Shown here piece after piece: positions 63,901 to 64,000 of a stretch of 64,000 bases of DNA (position 1 is the stretch's first letter; every line of letters starts with the position of its first letter). A program made the translations under genes and the position numbers. The stretch is from Azolla caroliniana (taxonomy: Eukaryota; Plantae; Polypodiophyta): contig JBHGNT010000006.1 of NCBI GenBank assembly GCA_043228905.1, positions 11,098,001-11,162,000 on the forward strand, written 5' to 3'. The notes below the pieces were generated by a model. The model had not been told where the DNA came from, searched no databases, and saw only the letters and a program-made list of their open reading frames with translations.

Positions 63901-64000
63901 CGAATGGAGACTAAAGTGATTGATAACGGAGCAACATTTGCTAGGATTCAGAGTTAGGATGGGAAAAGGTCGGTACAGTTCCTTATTGTTCGACCAAATC
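60917..64000 (+). mobile_element. Element G: 5' LTR (60917-61765), PBS and degenerate gag-protease of a Phygy-like gypsy, running off the window
   Basis: TGTCGTGA..TTGACA; PBS TGGTGAACCCGACGTGA 61772-61788; gag and protease homologous to B (LTLREVLGIAKKEFH, ALINHGSEIN). Confidence 0.9.

Overview
Land-plant genomic DNA. The transposon lineages suggest a seed-free plant such as a fern or lycophyte, but that is an inference. Bases 1-7 kb hold the 5' 17 exons of a minus-strand CASTOR/POLLUX-like (PEC-type, plastid envelope) cation channel gene that runs off the left edge. The remaining ~57 kb is a deeply nested transposon block. It contains two degenerate LINEs, a Mutator-like element carrying a Ulp1-type protease gene and motif arrays, and four Ty1/copia copies plus a remnant. 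It also contains an LTR-less, partly inverted Ty3/gypsy fragment, a ~1 kb TIR element, and five members (A, B, C, D, G) of one non-chromoviral, Phygy-like Ty3/gypsy lineage; four of these show a tRNA-Trp PBS. That lineage is the most interesting part, with four signals readable in the sequence. (1) A candidate programmed -1 frameshift (slippery heptamer plus stem/pseudoknot) lies between protease and RT and is conserved in two divergent copies. (2) Target sites are 4 bp and centred on CpG, including two independent insertions at the same nucleotide of paralogous copia integrases. (3) A tRNA-like box A/box B cassette sits divergently ~180 bp upstream of the TATA box in two LTR families. (4) A ~42-nt cis element next to the PPT is conserved. 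All coordinates were read by hand and no searches were run.
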